Virus record (IMG/VR): IMGVR_UViG_3300025018_000426
Location: 1-29,943 of that record
Length of the DNA: 29,943 nucleotides
Reading direction: 5' to 3' (one strand)
DNA from: a virus
Taxonomy: Duplodnaviria > Caudoviricetes
The translations under genes and the position numbers were made by a program. Shown here piece by piece: positions 17,660-24,598 of the stretch (position 1 is its first letter; each line of letters starts with the position of its first letter). The notes beneath the pieces are model-generated. The model ran no database searches and was not told the DNA's origin. It saw only the letters and a program-made list of their open reading frames with translations.

Positions 17660-17845
17660 ATGAAGCAACGCGTACTCTCTTTGGACGATGACCTGTGGCC
17701 GATGGACCAGCCCCGCCCAAAGGCCCCAACCACCACCTGTGCCACTTGCGAGAAGATCATCAAACAGGCGGATGCCTTCCGCGATGCCACCGGCGAGACG
17801 TTTTGTGACGAGGACTGCTTCGTTGCCTATCCCTATGACAACTGA
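17660..17845 (+). CDS. TRASH/FCS-like zinc-finger microprotein 2
   Basis: CATC...FCDEDC; SD GGAGGA at 17648. Confidence 0.7.
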   Translation: MKQRVLSLDDDLWPMDQPRPKAPTTTCATCEKIIKQADAFRDATGETFCDEDCFVAYPYDN

Positions 17846-17900
17846 AGGGGGGTGAGACAATCAAAACAGGAGGCAAGCAGACCCCGAAGACCACGAACTT

Positions 17901-17935
17901 ATCCCCACATACATAACTTGTGGGGATTTACTTTT
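17901..17935 (+). terminator. Intrinsic terminator
   Basis: ATCCCCACA/TGTGGGGAT stem followed by TTACTTTT. Confidence 0.6.
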
Positions 17936-18028
17936 ATATACAAACACAAATCTATCCTTGGGGATAGAAGATGATATAATTAGAATACAGCAAGCTCGCT
18001 GTGTTCTTTGATAAAAGAGGATCATACC

Positions 18029-18382
18029 ATGACCACCCCAAAAGATAGGCGGACGCTCTTACTTATTTTGTGCGCCACTGCCATCATCTATTTTCTGTCG
18101 ATTGGCCTCGCCTTTTGCCAGAATGTGTTGATGGCGATGTCGTGCGCTTCGCTCCAAGATGCGATCGATACGGCCAACCGAGCTTCATCTGGTGATGAAC
18201 AGGTATCAGCTTCGTGCGAAGTTCGGCCGATCAGGGTGCCGAACGACCCCCAACTCTTGATTCCGTTGTATATAACCAGTGGTCAGGGCTTCACCTTTGT
18301 GGTGGTCTCGGCAACTTTCCCAAAAGAAATCCGCTTCGTCATCATCATCCTCAACTTGAAACCTCAGGGGCAACCAATATGA
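18029..18382 (+). CDS. Signal-peptide/TM-anchored small protein
   Basis: MTTPKDRRTLLLILCATAIIYFLSIGLAFC; GAGG SD at 18017; TGATATAAT promoter at 17972. Confidence 0.65.
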   Translation: MTTPKDRRTLLLILCATAIIYFLSIGLAFCQNVLMAMSCASLQDAIDTANRASSGDEQVSASCEVRPIRVPNDPQLLIPLYITSGQGFTFVVVSATFPKEIRFVIIILNLKPQGQPI

Positions 18383-18555
18383 CTGACAAGTGTTCGATTT
18401 GTGGTGTGTTGATGTCTACAGTGAAAAAAGGCCTTTTTCACAAAGGCAAATTCTACTGTAGCCCCGCGCACTACAACCAAGCGAACCAAGCGCCAGTTTT
18501 TGACCCTCGCAAGTTGCGGCCAGAGGCTTTTCATGGAAAGGAGAAAAAAACATGA
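18379..18555 (+). CDS. TRASH/FCS-like zinc-finger microprotein 3 (58 aa)
   Basis: MTDKCSICG...FYCSPAH; ATGA overlaps at both ends. Confidence 0.7.
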   Translation: MTDKCSICGVLMSTVKKGLFHKGKFYCSPAHYNQANQAPVFDPRKLRPEAFHGKEKKT

Positions 18556-18704
18556 GAGTCTGTCATACTTGTGGTAACAGTTTAGGTCCGGTTTCCTATT
18601 ATGATGGGAAATACCGCTACTGTTCACTGAACTGTATCATGAGACCTTCCAAAAAGAGGCCGACACTTTGGAAAAGAATAAAATGTTTTTTCTTGCAACG
18701 TTAA
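18552..18704 (+). CDS. TRASH/FCS-like zinc-finger microprotein 4 (50 aa)
   Basis: MRVCHTCG...RYCSLNC; AGGAG SD at 18539; not in the ORF track. Confidence 0.7.
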   Translation: MRVCHTCGNSLGPVSYYDGKYRYCSLNCIMRPSKKRPTLWKRIKCFFLQR

Positions 18705-18715
18705 CTTTTTCTCAA

Positions 18716-18752
18716 CCCCTCACCTTTAATATTTGGTGGGGGGCTATTTTTT
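18716..18752 (+). terminator. Terminator between convergent operons
   Basis: CCCCTCACC/GGTGGGGGG stem followed by CTATTTTTT. Confidence 0.6.
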
Positions 18753-19092
18753 ATAAAACCTGGATTTCAATTCTCGGATTTTTTTCTACTTTAATACGAA
18801 AAGTATGTTTTTCGTTAATTAAGCCGTCATCTTTGTAAACTATGCCAGTCATAGAATCCAATAATAATTTTTCATAAGCGTCAATATCTGGCTTTCTAAC
18901 AGAGTAATAAACAAGAATGTTCACAGCAATACCTTCTTCAGTGAGCATTTTACCATTGAACTGACTAGCAATTTCCCAACTAATAGCTTCTTTAGCATTT
19001 CGGTATTTAGTGGAAAGAATATTATGACCTCGGCTAATCATATATCTAGCGTTTACGCTAACTGGCTTCGTTTTAATTATAAAAGAGTACAT
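18751..19092 (-). CDS. rusA: RusA-like Holliday junction resolvase
   Basis: PVSVN, KPDIDAYEKLLLDSMTGIVYKDD. Confidence 0.88.
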   Translation of the reverse strand: MYSFIIKTKPVSVNARYMISRGHNILSTKYRNAKEAISWEIASQFNGKMLTEEGIAVNILVYYSVRKPDIDAYEKLLLDSMTGIVYKDDGLINEKHTFRIKVEKNPRIEIQVL

Positions 19093-19093
19093 A

Positions 19094-19471
19094 TCAATGA
19101 TTTATAAATTTTTCGTGTCCTTTGTTTCTAAATATAACACGTAAATTTCGGGGCGAAAATTGCCCAAACTTACTATTGAGAAAGATAAGTCTATCTCGAT
19201 AATTCATTATTTTAGAAAATCTTTCCAAATCTTCTTTATTACCTCTGTTTAGCATCACCCAGTCTAACAACCTTTTCATATTGATACTATTCACACTATC
19301 GTGATGTTCTTTACAGAGAGGTAAAATTACCCATGACTCATTAACTGCCTTACCGCCAAATAAAAGATTGTGATGCCATTGAGCTGGTTTCTTACCGCAC
19401 AAGCAACACTGTTTCATAAAATCGTCTGACTTTAGAGTTTCTAAAATATCTTTTGGTATCGGTTTAGCCAT
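19094..19471 (-). CDS. Zn-binding HNH-like nuclease (DUF968/Ref-like)
   Basis: CCLCG...QWHH...LPLCKEHH; ATG 19471 (MAKPIP) preferred. Confidence 0.65.
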   Translation of the reverse strand: MAKPIPKDILETLKSDDFMKQCCLCGKKPAQWHHNLLFGGKAVNESWVILPLCKEHHDSVNSINMKRLLDWVMLNRGNKEDLERFSKIMNYRDRLIFLNSKFGQFSPRNLRVIFRNKGHEKFINH

Positions 19472-19934
19472 TGATTTTTTCTCGCTTATTACACTCCGTA
19501 CAGAATCGTAAATGCAATTCTTCCCAAACATGGGAACATTCACCGTGTTTATTTTCCCTAATCAATTCTCGAACATCTTGACGAGTCAATTCAGTAGAAC
19601 GTTCCAACAGGGCTACAACTTCTTTCTTGGTGGCTTTATCTGGCAAGATAGTCCGAAGCTCATAGAGGTTTGACCAAGATTTTCCAACCAACTGTTTACT
19701 AGAAATTTTGTACTTCTCCACATAAGTTTTATGGACAGTAATAAGGCGTGAAGCAGTCGCTTCGTTAATATCCATCTCTTGTAAGAACTGGCTAAAAGTG
19801 TCCCATTGGCTTTCCCACATTTGACCGTCTTTGATTTTCGACAAACGCTCACCAAGGACAAAAAAACCAGACTCCAAAGTTTTTTTCAGAGCGATTGTTT
19901 CAGCACAAAACTCGGCTGGAATAATTTCAGACAT
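19464..19934 (-). CDS. Hypothetical protein (DUF3102-like) with C-terminal Cys/His motif
   Basis: LGERLSKIK...F.QFL...ATASRLI pattern; CSH...CTEC. Confidence 0.5.
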   Translation of the reverse strand: MSEIIPAEFCAETIALKKTLESGFFVLGERLSKIKDGQMWESQWDTFSQFLQEMDINEATASRLITVHKTYVEKYKISSKQLVGKSWSNLYELRTILPDKATKKEVVALLERSTELTRQDVRELIRENKHGECSHVWEELHLRFCTECNKREKING

Positions 19935-20095
19935 TATTTAATTTTCTTATCTCGCTTCTCTAACCCTTCGCTGACAGCATCTTTCTTTTCCTCTAGCGTA
20001 GAGATAATAGCGATAACACTTTGCATTTCTTGGTGAGTAAACGTAGTAGTTTTATTTCTTAAGAAAGTCAGTAGTGACTCTTTTTGTGATGGCAT
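19934..20095 (-). CDS. Hypothetical protein (53 aa)
   Basis: MPSQKESLLTFLRNK...; TAATG overlap with the next gene; extended -10 upstream. Confidence 0.55.
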   Translation of the reverse strand: MPSQKESLLTFLRNKTTTFTHQEMQSVIAIISTLEEKKDAVSEGLEKRDKKIK

Positions 20096-20149
20096 ATTAT
20101 TTTATTTTTTAATTGATAACGCTACCGAAATTATCATAACATACTTATT

Positions 20150-20617
20150 TTAGCTATTAAGTACCTTAACTGCGGTTTTGAAATCGACGCTGTATATTTG
20201 CTTCACAAGATCAATCGTGTCACCATTGGCTTCACATACAAAACAATGGTAGAAATTGTTTTTAAGGAACAAACTCGGTTTAGTATCTGGATGAAACGGA
20301 CACAACGCCCACATTCGTTTATGTTCAATCAGCTCGGTAATCGGAAACTCTTTGGCTCTTTGTATCATCTCATCAGTTACTTCTAATTTAAATTCAGATT
20401 TTGGTCGTAATTCTTCGTGTTCAGCTACCAACTCACGGCAAAACTCAAACATATTTGGCTTATGGTTTCGATTGTAGTCAGATTCAATATTTTCAATATA
20501 GTCAGCGTAGACATGTAAATCATCTTCACTGTCGCCAGTAAACTTGGCTAACAGTGACAACCACCCCGAAATATCGTTAATGACAAAATATAACTGTCGT
20601 GCTTGTTCGGAAATCAT
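20150..20617 (-). CDS. CHC2 zinc-finger (primase Zn-binding domain) protein without TOPRIM
   Basis: CPFHPDTKPS...YHCFVC..NGDTIDLV..F.TAV at the C-terminus; ATG 20617 just after the helicase stop. Confidence 0.85.
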   Translation of the reverse strand: MISEQARQLYFVINDISGWLSLLAKFTGDSEDDLHVYADYIENIESDYNRNHKPNMFEFCRELVAEHEELRPKSEFKLEVTDEMIQRAKEFPITELIEHKRMWALCPFHPDTKPSLFLKNNFYHCFVCEANGDTIDLVKQIYSVDFKTAVKVLNS

Positions 20618-20618
20618 A

Positions 20619-21569
20619 CTAAAAATCCCAACCTTCTTGCTCATCCTCAGCTTCAACTGCCATCTGCGCTGACTTCTCCATAGCTTCGACCCAACCATTA
20701 TCCTCCTTAAACCAACCTGTAGTCTGGTCAAAAGATAACCCTATTGTCTGATTTTTACCCGTACGGCGGTTTTTCTGTACTGAGATGAGTGTTCTATCAT
20801 CATAGACCCTAATCTTCTTCTGGAGGCTATTTTTACGCCAAATAAACATACCTATGTCCGACTCCTGAATCACATCTGATGAGTTCTTGATGTCTTTGGT
20901 GCTTGGTGGGTTACTTTCGTCAGTTTGTGAAATATGTACAAGTACTAAAATAATCACATCCCAACGCTTCGCAATCCCTTTTAATTCTCGCATTACCTCA
21001 CCCACTCGGTACGCAAGGTTCTCACGTTTATTCTTCCCCCCTTCACCAAGGTTGTCAATATAACCAAGGTGGTCAATCAAAACAAGTTTTGTATTGTATT
21101 TAGCAATACCTTCAACAATACGTTCTTCAATCCAGTTAGTCGTAACAGACGTAGCAAGATTATCTGGTGAAAGGATGTTTGGGACATCAAAACCATTACC
21201 CAATCGTTGTTCAATCAATTCTTCAGCACTTTGTTCTAACGGGATCATTACTGGATTTAATTGCTTCAAACAATTAACCAAGTTCATACCCCACAAAGTT
21301 TTTCCGTGTGATGAATGCCCCGCAATAATAACTAACTGCTTTTCCCGAAAACCCCCAATCACATTATCCAGTAAAGTTATCCCTGTCTTGTGCAACGGTT
21401 TAACTGGCTGGTTCTTCAAACGCTCTTGAATTTCATCCCACCAAACGAGTTTGTCTTCGCCCTCATAGTTTTTAAGCTGTTCTTTCAAGCGTTCAATACC
21501 TTCTTCGGAATACTTATCAACATCAGGTGATTTCTGAATATCTTGGATTTTTTTAGTGAGGTCAATCAT
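20619..21569 (-). CDS. dnaB: DnaB-like replicative helicase (C-terminal motor domain)
   Basis: TGITLLDNVIGG, AGHSSHGKT, LIDHLG, DIKNSSDVIQESD, KNRRTG. Confidence 0.88.
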   Translation of the reverse strand: MIDLTKKIQDIQKSPDVDKYSEEGIERLKEQLKNYEGEDKLVWWDEIQERLKNQPVKPLHKTGITLLDNVIGGFREKQLVIIAGHSSHGKTLWGMNLVNCLKQLNPVMIPLEQSAEELIEQRLGNGFDVPNILSPDNLATSVTTNWIEERIVEGIAKYNTKLVLIDHLGYIDNLGEGGKNKRENLAYRVGEVMRELKGIAKRWDVIILVLVHISQTDESNPPSTKDIKNSSDVIQESDIGMFIWRKNSLQKKIRVYDDRTLISVQKNRRTGKNQTIGLSFDQTTGWFKEDNGWVEAMEKSAQMAVEAEDEQEGWDF

Positions 21570-22459
21570 AAGCCATTTTTCTTTTTAAAGTTGACTAAAG
21601 CATCCCATTTGTATTCCAACTTCCACGGAGTAAAGACATCGGGGATATGTGGTTCATCTTTGTTCTCTTTCCAAAACTCCAACGCCTTACGTATTTTTTC
21701 AAGTCCTTTCACTTCGTAAAGAGATTGAGCTGACTTACGCTCTGTCCTATTCCTTGTCCAGTTTGCGTTGTTATTTCCAATAATTTTACCAAACAAGGCG
21801 AACACCTTAGGAGCATCACGGGTGTTGTCAGGTTTCTTTCGGAGCGAAATCACCTCGCCATCAGCGTTGACTGGCACGACCTTAAACTCTGAATTACCAC
21901 CAAGGTCAGAAGAAGACTTTTTAGAAGAATTTACACCACGCAATTCCTCGGCTTTGCCGAGAGTTGCAAGGTTATTATTATTATTATTATTATTGTAAGC
22001 ATCACTTTTATCATTTTGTGGCTCTGTTAAGCCATATTCTTCGTCTAAAGAGTTAGCCAAAGTGTTAGCCAAAGTGTTAGCCAAAGTGTTAGCCAAAGTG
22101 TTAGCCAAAGTGTTAGCGGGGACTCCTGGTAAGTCAGAAAAATCTGCCACAGGTCGGAGTGTTTTTTGGTAAATTTTTGCCATCTCTCCCTTCAAAAAAC
22201 CGACGTTTAATTCAAAACATTTTTTCTTGCCGTACCCTGATGTAGTAATAAATTGACTCTTTTTTGCTTTTGAAATAGCAACTTTGACAGTATCAGTTGA
22301 CCAGCCAAATTTTTTAGCTAAATACTCATTACTTGGAGAGACAGTATCTTGCCCCCATAATTCACACTCCATAACGTATCGAACTATTTTACGGGCGGTA
22401 GTGTGTCCAACACATTCATCTATGGCTCTGTAGGCAAGCCTTTTTTGGCAGTCATTCAT
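21566..22459 (-). CDS. Replication initiator-like protein (N-terminal wHTH, internal repeats)
   Basis: PSNEYLAKKFGWSTDTVKVAI HTH; (TLAN)n repeat and poly-N; coupled to the helicase in a lambda O/P-like layout. Confidence 0.75.
   Translation of the reverse strand: MNDCQKRLAYRAIDECVGHTTARKIVRYVMECELWGQDTVSPSNEYLAKKFGWSTDTVKVAISKAKKSQFITTSGYGKKKCFELNVGFLKGEMAKIYQKTLRPVADFSDLPGVPANTLANTLANTLANTLANTLANSLDEEYGLTEPQNDKSDAYNNNNNNNNLATLGKAEELRGVNSSKKSSSDLGGNSEFKVVPVNADGEVISLRKKPDNTRDAPKVFALFGKIIGNNNANWTRNRTERKSAQSLYEVKGLEKIRKALEFWKENKDEPHIPDVFTPWKLEYKWDALVNFKKKNGL
22052..22117. repeat. 12-bp iteron-like tandem repeat GTTAGCCAAAGT x5.5
   Basis: Units at 22052, 22064, 22076, 22088 and 22100 plus GTTAGC; (TTA)n tract at 21972-21994 nearby. 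Confidence 0.9.
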
Positions 22460-22472
22460 AAGCAATAATAAA

Positions 22473-22540
22473 ACCCCTAACTCCAAACCAGACGTTGTGT
22501 TGGGCAGCTCACAAGCCCGGTCTGGTTGGAAGTTAGAGGT
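22473..22540 (-). ncRNA. P4 CI / P1 C4-like antisense RNA in the initiator leader
   Basis: 21-bp stem (one mismatch) enclosing the hairpin GGGC-UUGUGAGCU-GCCC and an 8-nt bulge AACACAAC; both single-stranded segments are complementary to upstream leader segments. Confidence 0.7.
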
Positions 22541-22601
22541 ATTAAGTTAAGTGTGAGACTTTTTATCATGTTAATGTGCTGAACACAACCTCAGCACTAA
22601 A

Positions 22602-22657
22602 ACTATACCACATATTTTTTGTAATGTTTCCCACAGGTGTGGATAAACTGGGGAAAA
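22602..22657 (-). promoter_or_regulatory. Extended -10 promoter of the replication operon with upstream DnaA boxes
   Basis: TGGTATAGT at 22602-22610; perfect box at 22638-22646; degenerate boxes at 22627 and 22649. Confidence 0.6.
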
Positions 22658-22735
22658 CTAAATATCTTTGTTTCAAAAGGAAGTCCTCTGATAGTGATTT
22701 TGTATCATAGCGTTGTTCTCTTTTTATATTTATAA

Positions 22736-23323
22736 TTATATCCAACGGATTACAGTATCACCAATAAAACCTTTTTCCCATACATACCACGCATAAAACT
22801 GTGTTGTGGCTGTATATTTTTCAAACTCGGCATCCTTACAACATAGTTGCCTTGATGAATGACAGTAAACAAACTTGGGCGGATATTTCTTGAATAATTC
22901 TTTTCTTTTTTGTCCTTCAAGGAACTGAATCTTAAGAAAGAAAAACAATCTGTTTCCCTCTTTCAATCTACTCATTCCTTTTTCAATAAACGCTTCTGCT
23001 AGTTTGAATGGTGGATTGGTTAGAATATCACCATTAAATAGATTATCTCTGTCGATGACAAAATCTGCTAAAAAATCTATACCACCTTGCCCATAACCTC
23101 TATAAATTAAATCTGTAGACATTACATCATGCCTGTAATTTTCAAGCACCTTACTCAAATGCCCCATACCACAGGACGGTTCCCAAACCTTAACAGCTAT
23201 TTTGTTTCCGTCCTTATTAAACTTTTTATAAAACAATTCTAATGCCATTGGGTCAGTAGCATAAAAATCATCTGTTTGTCTTTCTGCTAGTGGATTAACA
23301 CCCAACATAAGTGAACTTTTCAT
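22736..23323 (-). CDS. N6-adenine DNA methyltransferase (phage type)
   Basis: DFYATDP, WEPSCGMGH, DILTNPPF, YAWYVW. Confidence 0.88.
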   Translation of the reverse strand: MKSSLMLGVNPLAERQTDDFYATDPMALELFYKKFNKDGNKIAVKVWEPSCGMGHLSKVLENYRHDVMSTDLIYRGYGQGGIDFLADFVIDRDNLFNGDILTNPPFKLAEAFIEKGMSRLKEGNRLFFFLKIQFLEGQKRKELFKKYPPKFVYCHSSRQLCCKDAEFEKYTATTQFYAWYVWEKGFIGDTVIRWI

Positions 23324-23388
23324 ATATTTATTACTTACTGATACAGTAAGTATATTACTTTTAATTAGATTGTTAAGGAAATTTTAAT

Positions 23389-23425
23389 AAAAAAAGAAAA
23401 CACCCCTCTCCAACAGGGCGTTCTC
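23389..23425 (-). terminator. Intrinsic terminator ending the virion/groES operon
   Basis: GAGAACGCCCT/GGGGTGTTTTC stem followed by a T-run on minus. Confidence 0.6.
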
Positions 23426-23463
23426 AAACATAGGGAGTCTCGACCACCAAGGCTTAACCCCTA

Positions 23464-23658
23464 TTAAATAGTAACATTAACATCACCATCGTCAATCTTG
23501 GTATATCCATCATGACTATCTGATTGACTGTTGTAGTATTTTTTATACTTGGTGGTGTATGGATAAATCAGATGAGAAAGCATATCAACATCTTCTTGGT
23601 TGTCTTTATTCTCTAGCACCCAATCTATAATGTCTTTTATGTCAATGTCTTTTTTCAT
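23464..23658 (-). CDS. Hypothetical protein (64 aa)
   Basis: ORF track; adjacent to the groES stop. Confidence 0.6.
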   Translation of the reverse strand: MKKDIDIKDIIDWVLENKDNQEDVDMLSHLIYPYTTKYKKYYNSQSDSHDGYTKIDDGDVNVTI

Positions 23659-23659
23659 A

Positions 23660-24037
23660 TTATTTTTTCGCTGCGAAACGCATATATTTATCAGCTTCCT
23701 TGCTTGATTTACGTTCTTCTACAATGTCCCTGTCCTCTACTTTGTCCTTTACAAGTCGAACGACACCAAGGATTTCTCGCTCGTCAACTAAGTATACCAC
23801 CTCTTCAACAGCGTTTTCGCCAATAAACTTCAATTCGTCAATAGCGTATTTGCGAAAAAAAATTGTTTCTCCTATTTTATAAGGTGAACCGTCTGGTGCA
23901 GTACGAAGTACCTTACCTCTTACTGGGGCGTTGTTTTGCTGGTCACCGACAATGATAAGCCCCCCGACTTCACTCGGCTTCTCATACAGTTCGACCAGTA
24001 CATGTCCTTTAGTTGGTTCAATGTCTTTAATTTTCAT
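23660..24037 (-). CDS. groES: Co-chaperonin GroES
   Basis: IEPTKGHVLV, GGLII mobile loop, GKVL, KIGETIFFRKYA, LVDEREILGVV. Confidence 0.88.
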   Translation of the reverse strand: MKIKDIEPTKGHVLVELYEKPSEVGGLIIVGDQQNNAPVRGKVLRTAPDGSPYKIGETIFFRKYAIDELKFIGENAVEEVVYLVDEREILGVVRLVKDKVEDRDIVEERKSSKEADKYMRFAAKK

Positions 24038-24048
24038 ATATTATTTAA

Positions 24049-24597
24049 TTAACTCTTTAACATTGTAGCCCACTCGCCACTTTCTACAAAGTCCCTTACA
24101 TCTTCATAACCGTTACCTTCTCGGACTATTTCTAAGCCTTCAAAGGTTTGATTGTATTCCTCTTTAATTTTTTTACCTGTCTGAGGAGTGGCGAAGTCTA
24201 TTTTCTTTTGACCATCAAAACGCCGATGCATCAGATCAGCAACTAAGTACTTCTTGCCTGTTTTTGGGTCACGCAAGACAGTCCCAAGTCGCAGCATCGC
24301 TTGGTCAGAATTAGGGAGTCTTGAAACCGCTACCATAGTGTCATCAATTCTAACCCCAGCGGCTCCAATACCTTTGTTTTCTTCTGTTGCGTCAGGTCGG
24401 TTCTGCCAGACATCCAGTGGGTCGTAGTTTGTCCCTTGCCACGCTCCTTCTAATGTAGGAAAGCTGGGTGAAACTTGTGGTGGAGAACTTTCGATTACCG
24501 TAGCGGGTTGAGTATAAATTACTGTAGACATTTCCTCCACCCAATCAGACACCTTTTTGGGGGTTTGAATTATTGTCTGAAAAAAATCTTTAAGCAT
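24049..24597 (-). CDS. 3D (Asp-Asp-Asp)/MltA-like domain protein, putative murein hydrolase
   Basis: GTNY...GAAG...VAVSR...LRLGTVL...YLVADLM...KIDFA follows the 3D-domain order; ATG 24597. Confidence 0.6.
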   Translation of the reverse strand: MLKDFFQTIIQTPKKVSDWVEEMSTVIYTQPATVIESSPPQVSPSFPTLEGAWQGTNYDPLDVWQNRPDATEENKGIGAAGVRIDDTMVAVSRLPNSDQAMLRLGTVLRDPKTGKKYLVADLMHRRFDGQKKIDFATPQTGKKIKEEYNQTFEGLEIVREGNGYEDVRDFVESGEWATMLKS

Positions 24598-24598
24598 A

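Noticed and set aside
10847-22117. CRISPR array among the short repeats
   Set aside because: Repeats are 9-19 bp, tandem or irregular, with no unique 30-40 bp spacers; the Cas4-like nuclease has no cas neighbours.
23429-23465. Second hairpin upstream of the 23389 terminator as an ncRNA
   Set aside because: Short imperfect stem with no recognisable family motif.
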